Assembly: GCF_009914755.1 (NCBI RefSeq)
Contig: NC_060939.1
DNA: 64,000 bases
Strand: one strand, 5' to 3'
Source of the DNA: the human T2T-CHM13v2.0 reference genome, Homo sapiens
Shown: in pieces, positions 52,551-64,000 of the stretch
Layout: every line of letters begins with the position of its first letter
Position numbering within the stretch: position 1 is the stretch's first letter
Notes under the pieces: model-generated
Told to the model about the DNA's origin: nothing
The model's database searches: none
Seen by the model: only the letters and a program-made list of their open reading frames with translations
Translations under genes and position numbers: made by a program

Positions 52551-53877
52551 AACTAATTTCCTAAAGTGAAAGCCTAGGTCACTGATTTGAGACCTTCTTT
52601 TCTAACATTCAGAAGTATATTGTTTAGTTTCCAGATGTTTGGAGATTTTTTTTTAGATGTTTTTCTAATTTTAATTTCTAATATAATTTTATTGTGATCA
52701 GAGAATATACTTTGCATGCTTTGAAATCCTTGAAACTTAGTGAGAATGTTTTATGGCTCAGAATATAGTCTGAGTTGGGGTGTTGTTCCATGTGTACTTG
52801 AAAAGATGTGTATTCTGCTGTAATTTGGTGGTGGATTCTATAAATGTTAATTAGATCAAGTTGGTTGCTAGTGGTGTTCAAGTTTACTATGTCCTTACTA
52901 AGTTTTTGTCTACTAGTTGTGTCATTATTGAGAGATTTGTTGAAATCTCTGACAATAATTGTGGATTTGTCTGTTTGTGCTTGTAATTTTATCAGGTTTT
53001 GCTTTAGGCATTTTGAAGCTCTGTTACTAGCTTAGGATTTTTCTTCTTGATGAATTCATCCCTTTACTCATTGTGAAATTATTCTTTTTATTCTTAGTAA
53101 TAATCTTTACTGTAAAATATACTTTATCTGTTATTAATATAGATACTCTAGCTCTCCTTTGATTAGTGTTAGCCCAGTTAACAATCCTTTAACCTTTATG
53201 TGTTTTTATATTTAAAATGGGTTTCTTGTAGACAGCATATAGTTGGGTTTTACTTCTTTTTAAATACAATCTGACAATCTCTATCCCTTTTAATCAGGAG
53301 TTTAGACCATTTAGTCTTAATATGATGACTGGTATGATTAGACTTTTGTCTACTGTTGTGCTGTTTGTTTTCTATTTGTCCCATTTCTTCTTTGCATTTT
53401 TCTCTCTTTTCTTGGCATTCTTTTGGATTGAGAAGTTTTTAATGTTCTATTTTACTTGCACTATTGTCTTAGGAACTTTGCCTCTTTTCTTTTTTAGTGG
53501 TTGTCCTAGGATTACATTCTATATCTTTAACTTACACCGTGTTCCTACACATTATATTATACAACTTCTATATTTTACTTCTGTATTTGTTAAAAACCCC
53601 ACAGTAGATTGTAATTATGGTTGTTTTAAACCATTTTATTTTAAAGAGTTGTAAAAATAAGAAATATCTTTTATAGTTACCCACATATTTACTCCACTGT
53701 ACCTCATGTCTTTGTATGGTTCCATGTTTTTGTTTAGTATCATTTTTCTTCTGCAAAAAATCTTTCTCAATATTTTTTATTGTGCAGTTCTACTGGTGAC
53801 AGATTTTCTCGGCTTTTATGTGTCTGAAAAATTACATCAACATTTCAGAAAGATATTTTTACTGGGTACCAAATTGT

Positions 53878-54408
53878 AGTGTATCACCTCCGGTTTGGTG
53901 GTTGGCTAGGAGGACTCGGGACTTAGCATATAGTCAAACTCATGGTTATGACTTATCACAGCAGAAGGGTACAAAGCTAAATTAGCAAATGGGAAAGGTT
54001 CATGGGTGAAGTCTGGAGGAAACAAGGCACAAGCTTACACGAATCTTCTCCCAGTGGAATCATGCAGGATACATTTAATTTAACAATGAATTGTGACAAC
54101 ACATGTGAATACAGTTGAACAGGAAGCTCATTAGAGACTCAGTGCCCAAGGGTTTTATTGGGAGCTGGTCAGGTAAGCGTCCTCTGCCTAGCATGTAGCA
54201 AAATTCCAGTTTCCAAGAAGGAAAGCAGATGTTCAGAATATTGTTTGCATAAATACTTCAGGCACAGTAAAACACCCTTTTTAGTTAGGGAATGTCAGGA
54301 ACCCTTTTGAAGTTCAAGTTCTTAGACACCAGCCAAGGCCTAACCTTACAAGTAGGCCTTTCTAAGGATAGCACTCCTGAGCCTGCTGTGTTACCTTTTT
54401 CCTGCATA
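53878..54408 (-). mobile_element. ERVL LTR, MER68-like
   Basis: Reverse complement matches recalled MER68 (..agcaggc..gctatccttagaaaggcct.cttg.aaggtt; gggcactgagtctctaatgagcttcc; actatatgct.agtcc). Confidence 0.75.
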
Positions 54409-56186
54409 CTAGGTTGCCTTGTTTTTTTCCTTTTCTGTACTTTGTAGATTTTAATTTATTGTCTTCTGACTTGTATAGCTTCAAGGAGAAATCTGTGATG
54501 ACTTATCTTTGCTCCATTGAATGTAATGTACCTTTTTACCTCTGGCTGCTTTAAATGTTTTCTTTATCATTATTTTCAGCAATGTATGTGTGAATGTGTG
54601 TTTGTGTTTATCCTGCTAGATATTGCTTGAACTTCTGGGAACTGTGGGTTTGTAGTTTTCAACAAAGTGGAAATTTCTGTAGCTATTTTTTCCAATATTG
54701 CCCTACTCTTTTTGTTTTCATGCTTTCATTATGGTTATGTTGATTGCCGACATTGCTACAGAGGTCATGGCATCTTTATTTTTTGGAGGGGTTATGTGTG
54801 TGTGTGTGTGTTTCTCTCTGTCTTCATTTTTGGATAGTTTTATTCCTGTGTCTTCAATTTACTAATACTTTCTTTTGTAGTGGCTAATCTGCTACAAATC
54901 TTATATAATAATATTTTTATTTCAAGTATTTTTTTATATGTAGAAGTTTTATTTGATTCTTTTATGTTTCTTTGTCTCCTCATTGTGTTTGGGTTTTCTC
55001 TTATGCTGTTGAGGAAACATTTGTTATAGCTGTTTTAATGTTCTCATCTCTTAATTTGATCATCTCTTTCATTTCTGGTTCTGTTAATATTGACTGTTTT
55101 TCTAGTTCACAAGTCACATTTTATTGCTTCTTGATAGGTCTAATAGTTTTTTATCGAATGCTCATTATTGTGAATTTTATGTTATTTGCTGGATTTGGTT
55201 GCATTATTTTAAAGGATGTTGGTTTTTTTCTAGTATGCCACTGTTACTTACAGATAAGTTCGATCCTTTCAAAGCTTATTTTTATGCAGCTTCAGGGAGA
55301 ATCTAGAGTAGCCTTAAGGACTAATTTAACCTCACTTCTAATGCATGGTCCTTCTGGAGTCACTCATGGCTGCCCTGCTATTCAGCAAGATTTCACCACT
55401 TTGGGTAATACAAATTTTAACAATTCCTGGCCTTTTGTGAGCACTGACAGTTGTTTATCTTACAACTCCTGGTAATTTTCTTTTTCTAAAGGTTGATGTT
55501 TTATTTTGCCCAGCCTCTTGGGGGTTCACCCTCCACATGTATAACTTGTATTCAGCCAAAGATCCAGTAGGACTGCTGTGCATTTTTTGGGATCTCTTTC
55601 CGTGTTGATCTCTTCTCTCAGGCATCTGCCCCCTCCCCCTCCCCCTGAATTCTAGCTGTTTTGGCCTCCCTAAACTCTGATATATGTCTTTTCAATTCAG
55701 CAATGTTCCTAGGTTCTTATGAGGTTACCTTTCCCTGCGCCATTGTTTGTAAATTACCTCCAGGCAGAAGCTGGAGGGCCCTATTATTATTGCCCTTTTA
55801 GGGCAATAGTCTGGTATCATAGACTTGTGCTGCCTTTGTTCAGTGCCAGCAAATAGTTTCCTCTATTTTATCCAATTTCTGGTTGTTAGGGAGAAGGATA
55901 TTTCCAGACCCTCTTTGTCCTTCATATTCAGAAGTGGAAATCTCCCTATAAACATTGCATACTTTTCCATTTATACCATAAATGTTTCCCTTTTCTGAAG
56001 CAACTTCATCCTCGTAATGTGTGAAAATGTCAAGCCTTTACTTTTTTCTTATTATATTCAGAAGATAATAATGATGCATGTGATCAGGATCTCAAACTTC
56101 AGATTTTGCTCAGATTTTGTTTCAAATTTTTGTATTCACAAAAAATCTCCTATGCCTTTGATGAACATCTAGGTATCACTGTGGAT

Positions 56187-56351
56187 CTGGGCTCCAAGGA
56201 GGGTGAGGCAAGGGGGGCGCCTAAGGTACAAAATTTAAGGAGACACTGACTCTCAGATGTCAATCCTGTGCTTGTACTACCTGGAGAGTAAGTGTCTCCT
56301 TAAATTTTGTACCCTAGATGCCTTGTTTGCTTCAGTCTAGTACACGCTTTG
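56187..56351. mobile_element. Palindromic hAT MITE, MER96-like
   Basis: agggtgaggc..gcgccta..ggtacaaaatttaaggagacact...agtgtctccttaaattttgtacc; the whole element is an imperfect inverted repeat. Confidence 0.8.
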
Positions 56352-57499
56352 CACTGGATATTCCAGACTAAGATCACTTTTATTACCTAGGGCATTAGTC
56401 TCAAACCATTATTAACTAGATCACATATTGCCTTTGTAGTAGGTGTCTTTTTTACCTTCATAGTTAAATTATTTAAACTTCTCTGACCATCTATTTTTTT
56501 GGAGGAGTTGTAATAAAGTCTGATGTAAAATGCCAGTTCCTTAGTATTGGCTGAGAAATGAGAGAAGAAAAGAAAAGAGTATTCAGGGTAGCAAATACTG
56601 TCCCACAAAGCCAAAACCATGTGTACTGAAGCCTTACCTATTTTTAGTTTAGTCGGCCTTGGCCCTAGAAAACAGTTCCTCTCCCTACCTAGGCCAGATT
56701 CCATTAATTCCATGTGGGCTGTTGCCCACTGGGCATGCAGCTGTATTTGCAGTTTGAGAGTCCCAAGTAAGCCTGACTAGGCTTCAAAAATGAATCTAGA
56801 TTTATACTAAGGAATTTTAATATGGGTCAGAGACATGCAGTTGGTCTCTGATGGTGGGAAGAACAGAGTTTTTAATCTTACATAAAATGTACTCTCTTTG
56901 AGGTCTTTGGTTTGTGACCCACTTTTGGATTGCCTTAGAGTGTTCTTGCAGCTGGAATGATAAAGGAATCTCTTTTCTCTCTTCTTAGAATATTAAAGGA
57001 GACAGGAAGAAGTCCAGATGAAGTGACTCATGGAACCATTTGTTTATCTGAACCTGAGCTAAATCTTAGGAGAGAAGGGTAAAAATAATTCATTCTTATT
57101 ATTTTTAGTCCAGATTACCAGGATTTTTCAGATAGTGATGTAGGTATGGGTTCTGGCAGTAATAAACGGCAATTTTACCCAGAATGGCATCTGTTAAATA
57201 TCTTCCTCTGGCACTTGAAGTGGTATTTGGTATCTGTTTGATAGTTCAGGGGTTGTTCTAAAACATTGATCCTGTGTGCAGAAAGTAACCATTAATCTCA
57301 TGTTACTACTGCTTGACTCAATTTTCTTTATTTTTATTTTCTTGGACTTTTCTTTTTTAAAAAATAAGAAGAGTAGCATATTTGTACCATCTGCAAAGCA
57401 CTTTTATAATGGATTGGAATGTGAAAATCTCTAATCCAGAAGGAAGATTCTTATATAGTCTTTATAGATAAATGCAATGTACCTTTCTTTAATTACTGG

Positions 57500-57750
57500 G
57501 TGAGGTAATATGTTGTGAAAGAAAATAGTGAACTTGGATTCAAAAAAACCTAATTATAGTTCAGGTTGAACTGCTTGTAGCTCTGTGACCTTGAGCAGGC
57601 CAGTTAATCTCTTTGAGAGTCACTTTTTTCCATCTGCAAAGTATGTGTATGTATGTGGGAGGTGGGGGAGGATGTGATAAAATCTGCCTGCCTATTTATT
57701 CGTGTCAGTGTGAAGAGCATAATAAAGATGTGAAAGCACTTGGGAAATGT
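57500..57750 (+). mobile_element. MIR SINE
   Basis: tagctctgtgaccttgagcaggccagttaatctctttgag..tttttccatctgcaaa..tgtgaaagcactt. Confidence 0.75.
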
Positions 57751-58062
57751 GTAAAGAACATATACATACAAATGTAAAAATGATATTTATAAGTATTTTA
57801 TCTCAGCAAAATCAAGTCTTGTTTTTATCTTTGGGACACTGTGTAAATATAGTCTCAGCTAAATTTTTTTTTTAAAATCACTGATAGCTTAGAAAAAGAG
57901 AAGTAAAAAAATACGTATATTGGAAAATGGATGGAAAACACATCAAAGGTTACAAGTTACCTATGAAAGAATTGATAAAATCTCCTTAGAGTTTGTGTGT
58001 GTGTGTGTTTGTGTGTATTAACAAAATTTGAAATTTTTACTTACCTTCTCTTTCACCTCTAG

Positions 58063-58202
58063 ACTTTGAAAGTCTGTATCAGATTTTGTGACATATTGTA
58101 TGTGGATTGTCTACTTTAGATTATCCATGGAAAACTATTTTTTAAAATCAGTCGTGTTGCTCCTTGTTGTCTAAGACAATTCTGGATGTTTTCTCCTGAT
58201 TG
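58063..58202 (+). other. Candidate internal exon (140 nt)
   Basis: Acceptor ttaccttctctttcacctctAG (58061-58062) and donor TTG|GTATGT (58202/58203) in apparently non-repetitive DNA; no transcript evidence. Confidence 0.35.
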
Positions 58203-58379
58203 GTATGTTTTCAGGGGAATGCAAACTAATTTAATATAGCCCTGGTGTGTATAATGAGGGTGTTAAATCTGTCAGAACACAAATCACAATGATTGAAATA
58301 TGAATGTAATATTTTGGTACCTTTGAAACTATTAAATTACTCCCCTATATTACATTAAATCAGTGAGAGAATTCCCTTG

Positions 58380-58798
58380 GTTGGTTCATTCATTCATTAA
58401 ACAAATATTAATACCATTCCTACTATTGCCAGGTACTGTTGTATCACATACAACAGTAAACAAAACAGACAAAAATTTCTGCCTCTATGGAGCTTACATT
58501 CTAGCTGAGAGGGAAACTGAAACTAACAGATAAAATATATACTGTATCAGATAGCAAAATAAAGGAGGGAAAGGGGATGGGGGAGTGTTGGAAGGCATGG
58601 CAGTTGGAGGAGGGCAGGCCTGGGAAGGATTGTGACATTTGAGTGAAGACCTACAAGGAATCTGTACAGATATCTCAGGGAAGAACATTCCTGTTCTAAG
58701 GTATAGCAAGGGTAACAGATTTGAGGAAAGTGTGTGCCTAGTATGTTCAAGGAACAAGGAGGAGGCTAGTGTGACTGAAGTGGAGTGAGCATGGAGTG
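58380..58798 (-). mobile_element. L2a 3' end (interrupted by Hsmar1; L2-like sequence resumes about 60150-60500)
   Basis: ttcattcattcattaaacaaatat..tgccaggtactgtt..cagacaaaaatttctgcctctatggagcttacattctag. Confidence 0.8.
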
Positions 58799-60075
58799 TT
58801 AGGCTGGTGCAGACATAATTGCGGTTTTTGCATTGTTTAAATTTGCTGTTTGGTATTGGAATACATTATTAAATAAATGTGGTTATGTTATACATAATTT
58901 TAATGTGCATTTCTTGCTTTGTTTTGCTAATGACTTATTACTTGCTGTTTATTTTATATTTATTTTAGACTATGGAAATGATGTTAGACAAAAAGCAAAT
59001 TCAAGTGATTTTCTTATTCAAGTTCAAAATGGGTCATAAAGCAGCAGAGACAACTCGCAGCATCAACAATGCATTTGGCCCAGAAATTGCTAACAAAGGT
59101 ACAGTGCAGTGGTGGTTCAAGAACTTTTGCAAAGGAGACGAGAGCCGTGAAGATGAGGAGTGTTGTGCCCGGCCATCAAAAGTTGGCAACGACCAATTGA
59201 GAGCAATCATCGAAGCTGATCCTCTTACAACACTAGAAGTTGCCGAGAACTCAACATCAACCATCCTACGGTCATTCAGCATTTGAAGCAAATTAGAAGG
59301 TTGTAAAAGCTCGATAAGTGGGTGCCTCATGAGCTGACTGAAAATAAAAACAATCGTCATTTTGAAGTGTTGTCTTCTCTTACTTTGTGTAACAACAATG
59401 AACCATTTCTTGATCAGATTGTGACGTGCGTTGGTAAGTGGATTTTATATGACAACCGCTGATGACCAGCTTGGTGGTTGGACTGAGAAGAAGCTCCAGA
59501 GCACTTCCCAAAGCCAAACTTCTACCAAAATGTTAATGGTCACTGTTTGATGGTCTGCTGCCGGTCTGATCCACTACAGCTTTCTGAGTTCCAGCAAAAC
59601 CATTACATCTGAGAAGTATGCTCAACAAATCTCTGAGATGCATGGAAAGCTGCAACGCCTGCAGCCAGCATTGATCAACATAAAGGGCCCAGTCCTTCGG
59701 CACAACAATGCCTGACAATGCGTCGCACAACCAACGCTTCAAAAGTTGAATGAATTGGGCACAAAGTTTTGCCTCATCCACCGTATTCACCTGACTTCTT
59801 GCCAACTGACTACCACTTCTTCAAGCATCTCAGCAACTTTTTGCAGGGAAGATGTTTCCACAACCAGAATGCAGAAAAAGCTTTCCAAGAGTTTATCGAA
59901 TCCCAGATCACACATTTTTACACTACAGGAATAAATAAACTTATTTCTCATTGGCAAAAATGTGTTGATTGTAATGTTTCCTATTTTGATGAATAAAGAT
60001 GTGTTTGAGCCTAGTTATAATATAATGATTTAAAATTCACGGTACAAAACCGCAATTACTTTTGCACCAACCTAA
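58799..60075 (+). mobile_element. Hsmar1 mariner DNA transposon, near full length (1277 bp)
   Basis: 30-bp TIRs: left ttaggctggtgcagacataattgcggtttt (58799-58828); right aaaaccgcaattacttttgcaccaacctaa (60046-60075) followed by TA; transposase homology inside. Confidence 0.97.
58972..59996 (+). pseudogene. Disrupted Hsmar1 transposase (homologous to the SETMAR mariner domain)
   Basis: MEMMLDKKQI..TVQWWF..DQLRAIIEADPLTT; WVPHEL at 59319-59336; HPPYSPD near 59775-59795; 1-nt deletion near 59246 and several stops; catalytic TCDE reads TCVG and HDN reads HNN. Confidence 0.95.
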
Positions 60076-60854
60076 TAAGATTAAAACCAGTAGAGGTGGG
60101 TATTTTGAGAACCATGTATTTCAAGGACGGAATTATTGTTTGTGTCAGCTACTGCTCATAGGTAAAATAAGAGGAAGTCGGAGAATCGATTGTTGTGTTT
60201 AGCAATGTGGAAGATGTTGGTGACCTTAAATAAGTGCAAGTTGGTAGACAGATGGGATGAAAAGCTTGGTTGATATGGATTCAGGAGAAAATGGGAGATG
60301 TGGAGACAGTGAGTGTAGATAACACTTTTGAGTTTTATTGTAAAGGGGGAACTATGCACATTTGGTGTGTAGAGTTAAGAGAGTGGGCTTTAAAAAATTT
60401 TTTGGTTCTATGTTTAATGTGACAGGAATAATCCAGTAGAGAGGGAATATTTGACAATGCAGTAGAAGGAAGAGAAAATTGCTGCAGCAGTTTTCTTGAA
60501 TAGGTGGGAAATAATTGGGATTACCTTTAGTTTTCCAAAGTGACCATTGTATTTCTTTGATGCTTATAATTCACATTCTTCCCTTTTAAAGAACATCAGT
60601 GCCTGAGCCTTTTTATATACATATCCTTTCTTATGTCTGTACCTTACCCCTCACATGTATACTTTTTTCTTTTTTTTAAAAAACCCTGCATGTGGCATTC
60701 AAACACATGTATGCTTTTATCAGAGCCCCTAAAATACTTTATTACATTTATTTACATGTCTCACCCATTACTGGATTGTCGATACCTTGATCTATGTTAT
60801 TACTCAACTATTGGTTCTTTGACTGTAGTGTTTTTATTCATTGCTACATGCCTA

Positions 60855-61527
<673 letters not shown>

Positions 61528-62289
61528 GGTCCCCAAACTCTAGAACTATAAAAATGCTTAACTTGTTGAATGAATTAACCTTTTTCCAAGCACCCTCATA
61601 ACTGGTAGTGTACATTTGTAAGAGGGCTGGTCAAGGGTAAGAATTTGGTTTGAGACTGTATACAGAATAACTTGATACTCAGGGATTATTTCAACTGTTT
61701 CTTGTTTCCTTAATGATTTGCTTTTATGAAATAATGTTAATGAAAAGTTCAAGTCATTTTGTATCTTCAGGAGCTAAGCAAAACCAGGAATGCTATTCAA
61801 GAAAATCAGAATACATGCAGTATATTTTAATAGGAATTCTAGAAATAATCTGATAGCAAGCTGTATTTTGAGATAATTCAAGCTTCCAGTCATTCCTAAC
61901 ATATATACCCTTTTATGACATGGATGAGCATAAGGATATATAAAAATCTGTGCAATTGAAATGTAGTTGAATTTGATCTCTACTATAAAATAATCTTTAT
62001 AAAAATAAGATTTTAACAGGTAGGAATAAGCATCATCAATCAGATCATGGATTTCAATTTTTTTGCATAGTTTACATGTTGAGGTGATTTAATCTTTTGA
62101 AGAAAACTAAGGAATCTCATCCTCTTATAAAATGTTAGATATTAGAAATAACTTGTCCAATCCTATATTTTTATAGTTGAGGAAATGGCTACCCAGTGAC
62201 GTACCCAAGCTTTCTGGTGGCACGGCCAGTGCCAGATCCCAGGCCTCCTGACTCCATTCAGTGCACTGTACCATGCCTTAAACCATACT

Positions 62290-62430
62290 GGAGCCACTTG
62301 GGGAGTTTAAAAACTTTTATGCTTCTCTTATCCCCAGACCTTTTGATTTAATTGGTATGGGTTAGAACTTGGTCATTGGAAGTTTTAAACACGCCCCAGG
62401 TGATTCATGCATCATAGTCTGGGAACCTCT
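62290..62430. mobile_element. MER5A-like hAT MITE
   Basis: ccccagacctt.tgatttaattggtatggg...ttttaaa..gccccaggtgattc..gggaacc. Confidence 0.6.
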
Positions 62431-63276
62431 ACTCCAAAAAGAATTAGTGTGCTTGAGGAATTGGAACTAGAGTGAAATCAGTGGTACAGACTTCTATCCG
62501 TTATGATTCCTTAATCACTTATTTGGCTGGGTTTTATCAGAGTAGTAAGACAATTTTTTACATTGAGAAATAATTAAGATATATGCAGAGCAAAGACTTC
62601 CTTAATAAAACTGTCCTTTCACTAGTATTTTGTGAGATAGCCTGTGACAAAATTTTTCCTAATCATGAAATTGGAGAACAATTTTTTGACACTAATCAGG
62701 CAAGGAGAAAGTTCGTGCCATCTGTGTTGTGGCATGCTCTGCTGTTGTTTTAACTAGATAAAATTCTAATTACTGTTAAACAGATTGTTTATGAGGTTGT
62801 TTTTAATATTTTAGAGCAAGTGCATAAATATAAAGAGGCAAAGAAATGGTTCCAGATTTAAAATACAGTTTCTTTAAAAGTAAATCAGAATTTGACACAC
62901 TGGGTTGTTTAATTACACATTTCAGTTTGGGTCCTTGGTACTGCAATGTTGCAAGGCATATGAAATTTGCAGTTTGTTACAACTATTCTGTTGTGTCGTT
63001 TTATACTTTTGGATATAAAGCTGACCAAACATTCTAACTAGAAAATACTAATTCATGATTGATAAGTGGCATTTTGTTTCTACATATTGTTCTTTTAAAC
63101 AAGGTCTTTCTTTGATAATGACAGATGTAGGGAATATGAAGCAGAAGAGGTAAGAATAGGAGATTATGATCAGATCAAAGCATTTCAGAATGTTAAATCT
63201 TTTATTGAACCAGTATCAGGGTGTTGACAAGAAAAGCTATATATTTGGGTTGCTAGAGTAGAAGCGATAAGGGGCA

Positions 63277-63848
63277 TATTAGTTTTCTATTGCTACCATC
63301 ATAAATCAATACAAACTTGGTAGCTTAAACAGAAAGCTTTTTAATCTTACAGTTCTGTGAGTCAGTAGGCCAATCCAGGTCTCATTGGGTTAAAATAAAA
63401 ATTTCAGCATGGCCATGTTCCTTTCTGGAGGCTGTAGGGCAAGATCAGTTTCCTTGCTTATATGAGGTTTTGGTAGAATTCACTTCCTTGTGGTTGTAGC
63501 ATTTGTCTTGATCAGAGCCCTTTCTAGCACCTACATTCCACCCTCGTTCCCTGGCATGTGGCCCTCCTTCATCTTCAAAGCCAGTAACAAAGGTCAAGTC
63601 CCTCTCAAGCTTCCAGTATTTCCTTCTCCTTTGATTTAAACTCTCTGATCCACCTTCTGTCTTCCTCTTCCACTTTAAAAGCCTCATGTGATGAGATTGG
63701 GCCTACCTGGATAATACAGAGTAATCTCTCCCATCTCAAGTTCCTTAACCTTAATTACAACTGCAAGTCCCTTTTGCCATGTAAGGTAACTTAGGTTCCA
63801 GTGCTTAAGGGCACAGACATCTTTGGAGGGCCATTGTTCTGCCTGTCA
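63277..63848 (-). mobile_element. MaLR LTR (MLT1D/E-like)
   Basis: tattagttttctattgct...gagattgggcctacctggataat...cccttttgccatgtaaggtaac..gacatctttggagggccattgttctgcct. Confidence 0.82.
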
Positions 63849-64000
63849 AAGAGGGCTAGATCACTGGAGTCAAGGAAGCCAAGTGTCAGTATTGACATAG
63901 CTGTTGAAAGTCTTCATTTATACAACAAATTTTTTTTAGTGCTTGCTGTGTCTAGTCATTGTAGTAGGCACTGGGGCTATTGTGGTAAACAAGACAGACA

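Larger units (their letters stand above)
50250..55930 (-). mobile_element. Long old L1M relic with nested Alu, L1MB, L1P and LTR insertions
   Basis: T-rich reverse L1 ORF2/5' sequence; ORF 52678-52881 resembles L1 endonuclease (NQLDLINIYR..AEYT..DYILSHK). Confidence 0.8.

Noticed and set aside
58972-59996. Active transposase or the SETMAR gene itself
   Set aside because: Frameshifts, multiple stops and two of three catalytic Asp lost; no SET-domain exon in the window.

Overview
This is primate, most likely human, genomic DNA, not prokaryotic. It is dense in Alu, L1PA/L1M, L2, CR1/L3, MIR, MaLR/ERV LTRs and hAT/mariner elements. There is no CRISPR array and no supportable protein-coding exon; nearly all ORFs in the track are repeat-derived or chance. 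Positions 1-22.6 kb are repeat-rich upstream DNA. A CpG-island promoter at about 22.6-24.4 kb has an ATG-free candidate first exon on the + strand ending at a donor at 23309. The rest looks like a long first intron of a gene I cannot name. The most notable items are: (1) a near-full-length, sense-oriented Hsmar1 mariner (58799-60075) that keeps the SETMAR-type splice acceptor, a strong-Kozak ATG and an open N-terminal HTH frame, and has gained internal splice donors; (2) a perfect 26-bp palindrome in the promoter whose 15-bp core recurs about 1 kb away on the other side of exon 1; (3) a strong acceptor inside exon 1 plus a candidate upstream exon near 3.1 kb; (4) a MER96-like hairpin with perfectly matched 23-bp arms; (5) several young tandem duplications and a VNTR. 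Repeat family names come from my recall of consensus sequences, and repeat boundaries are approximate unless TSDs or TIRs are quoted.
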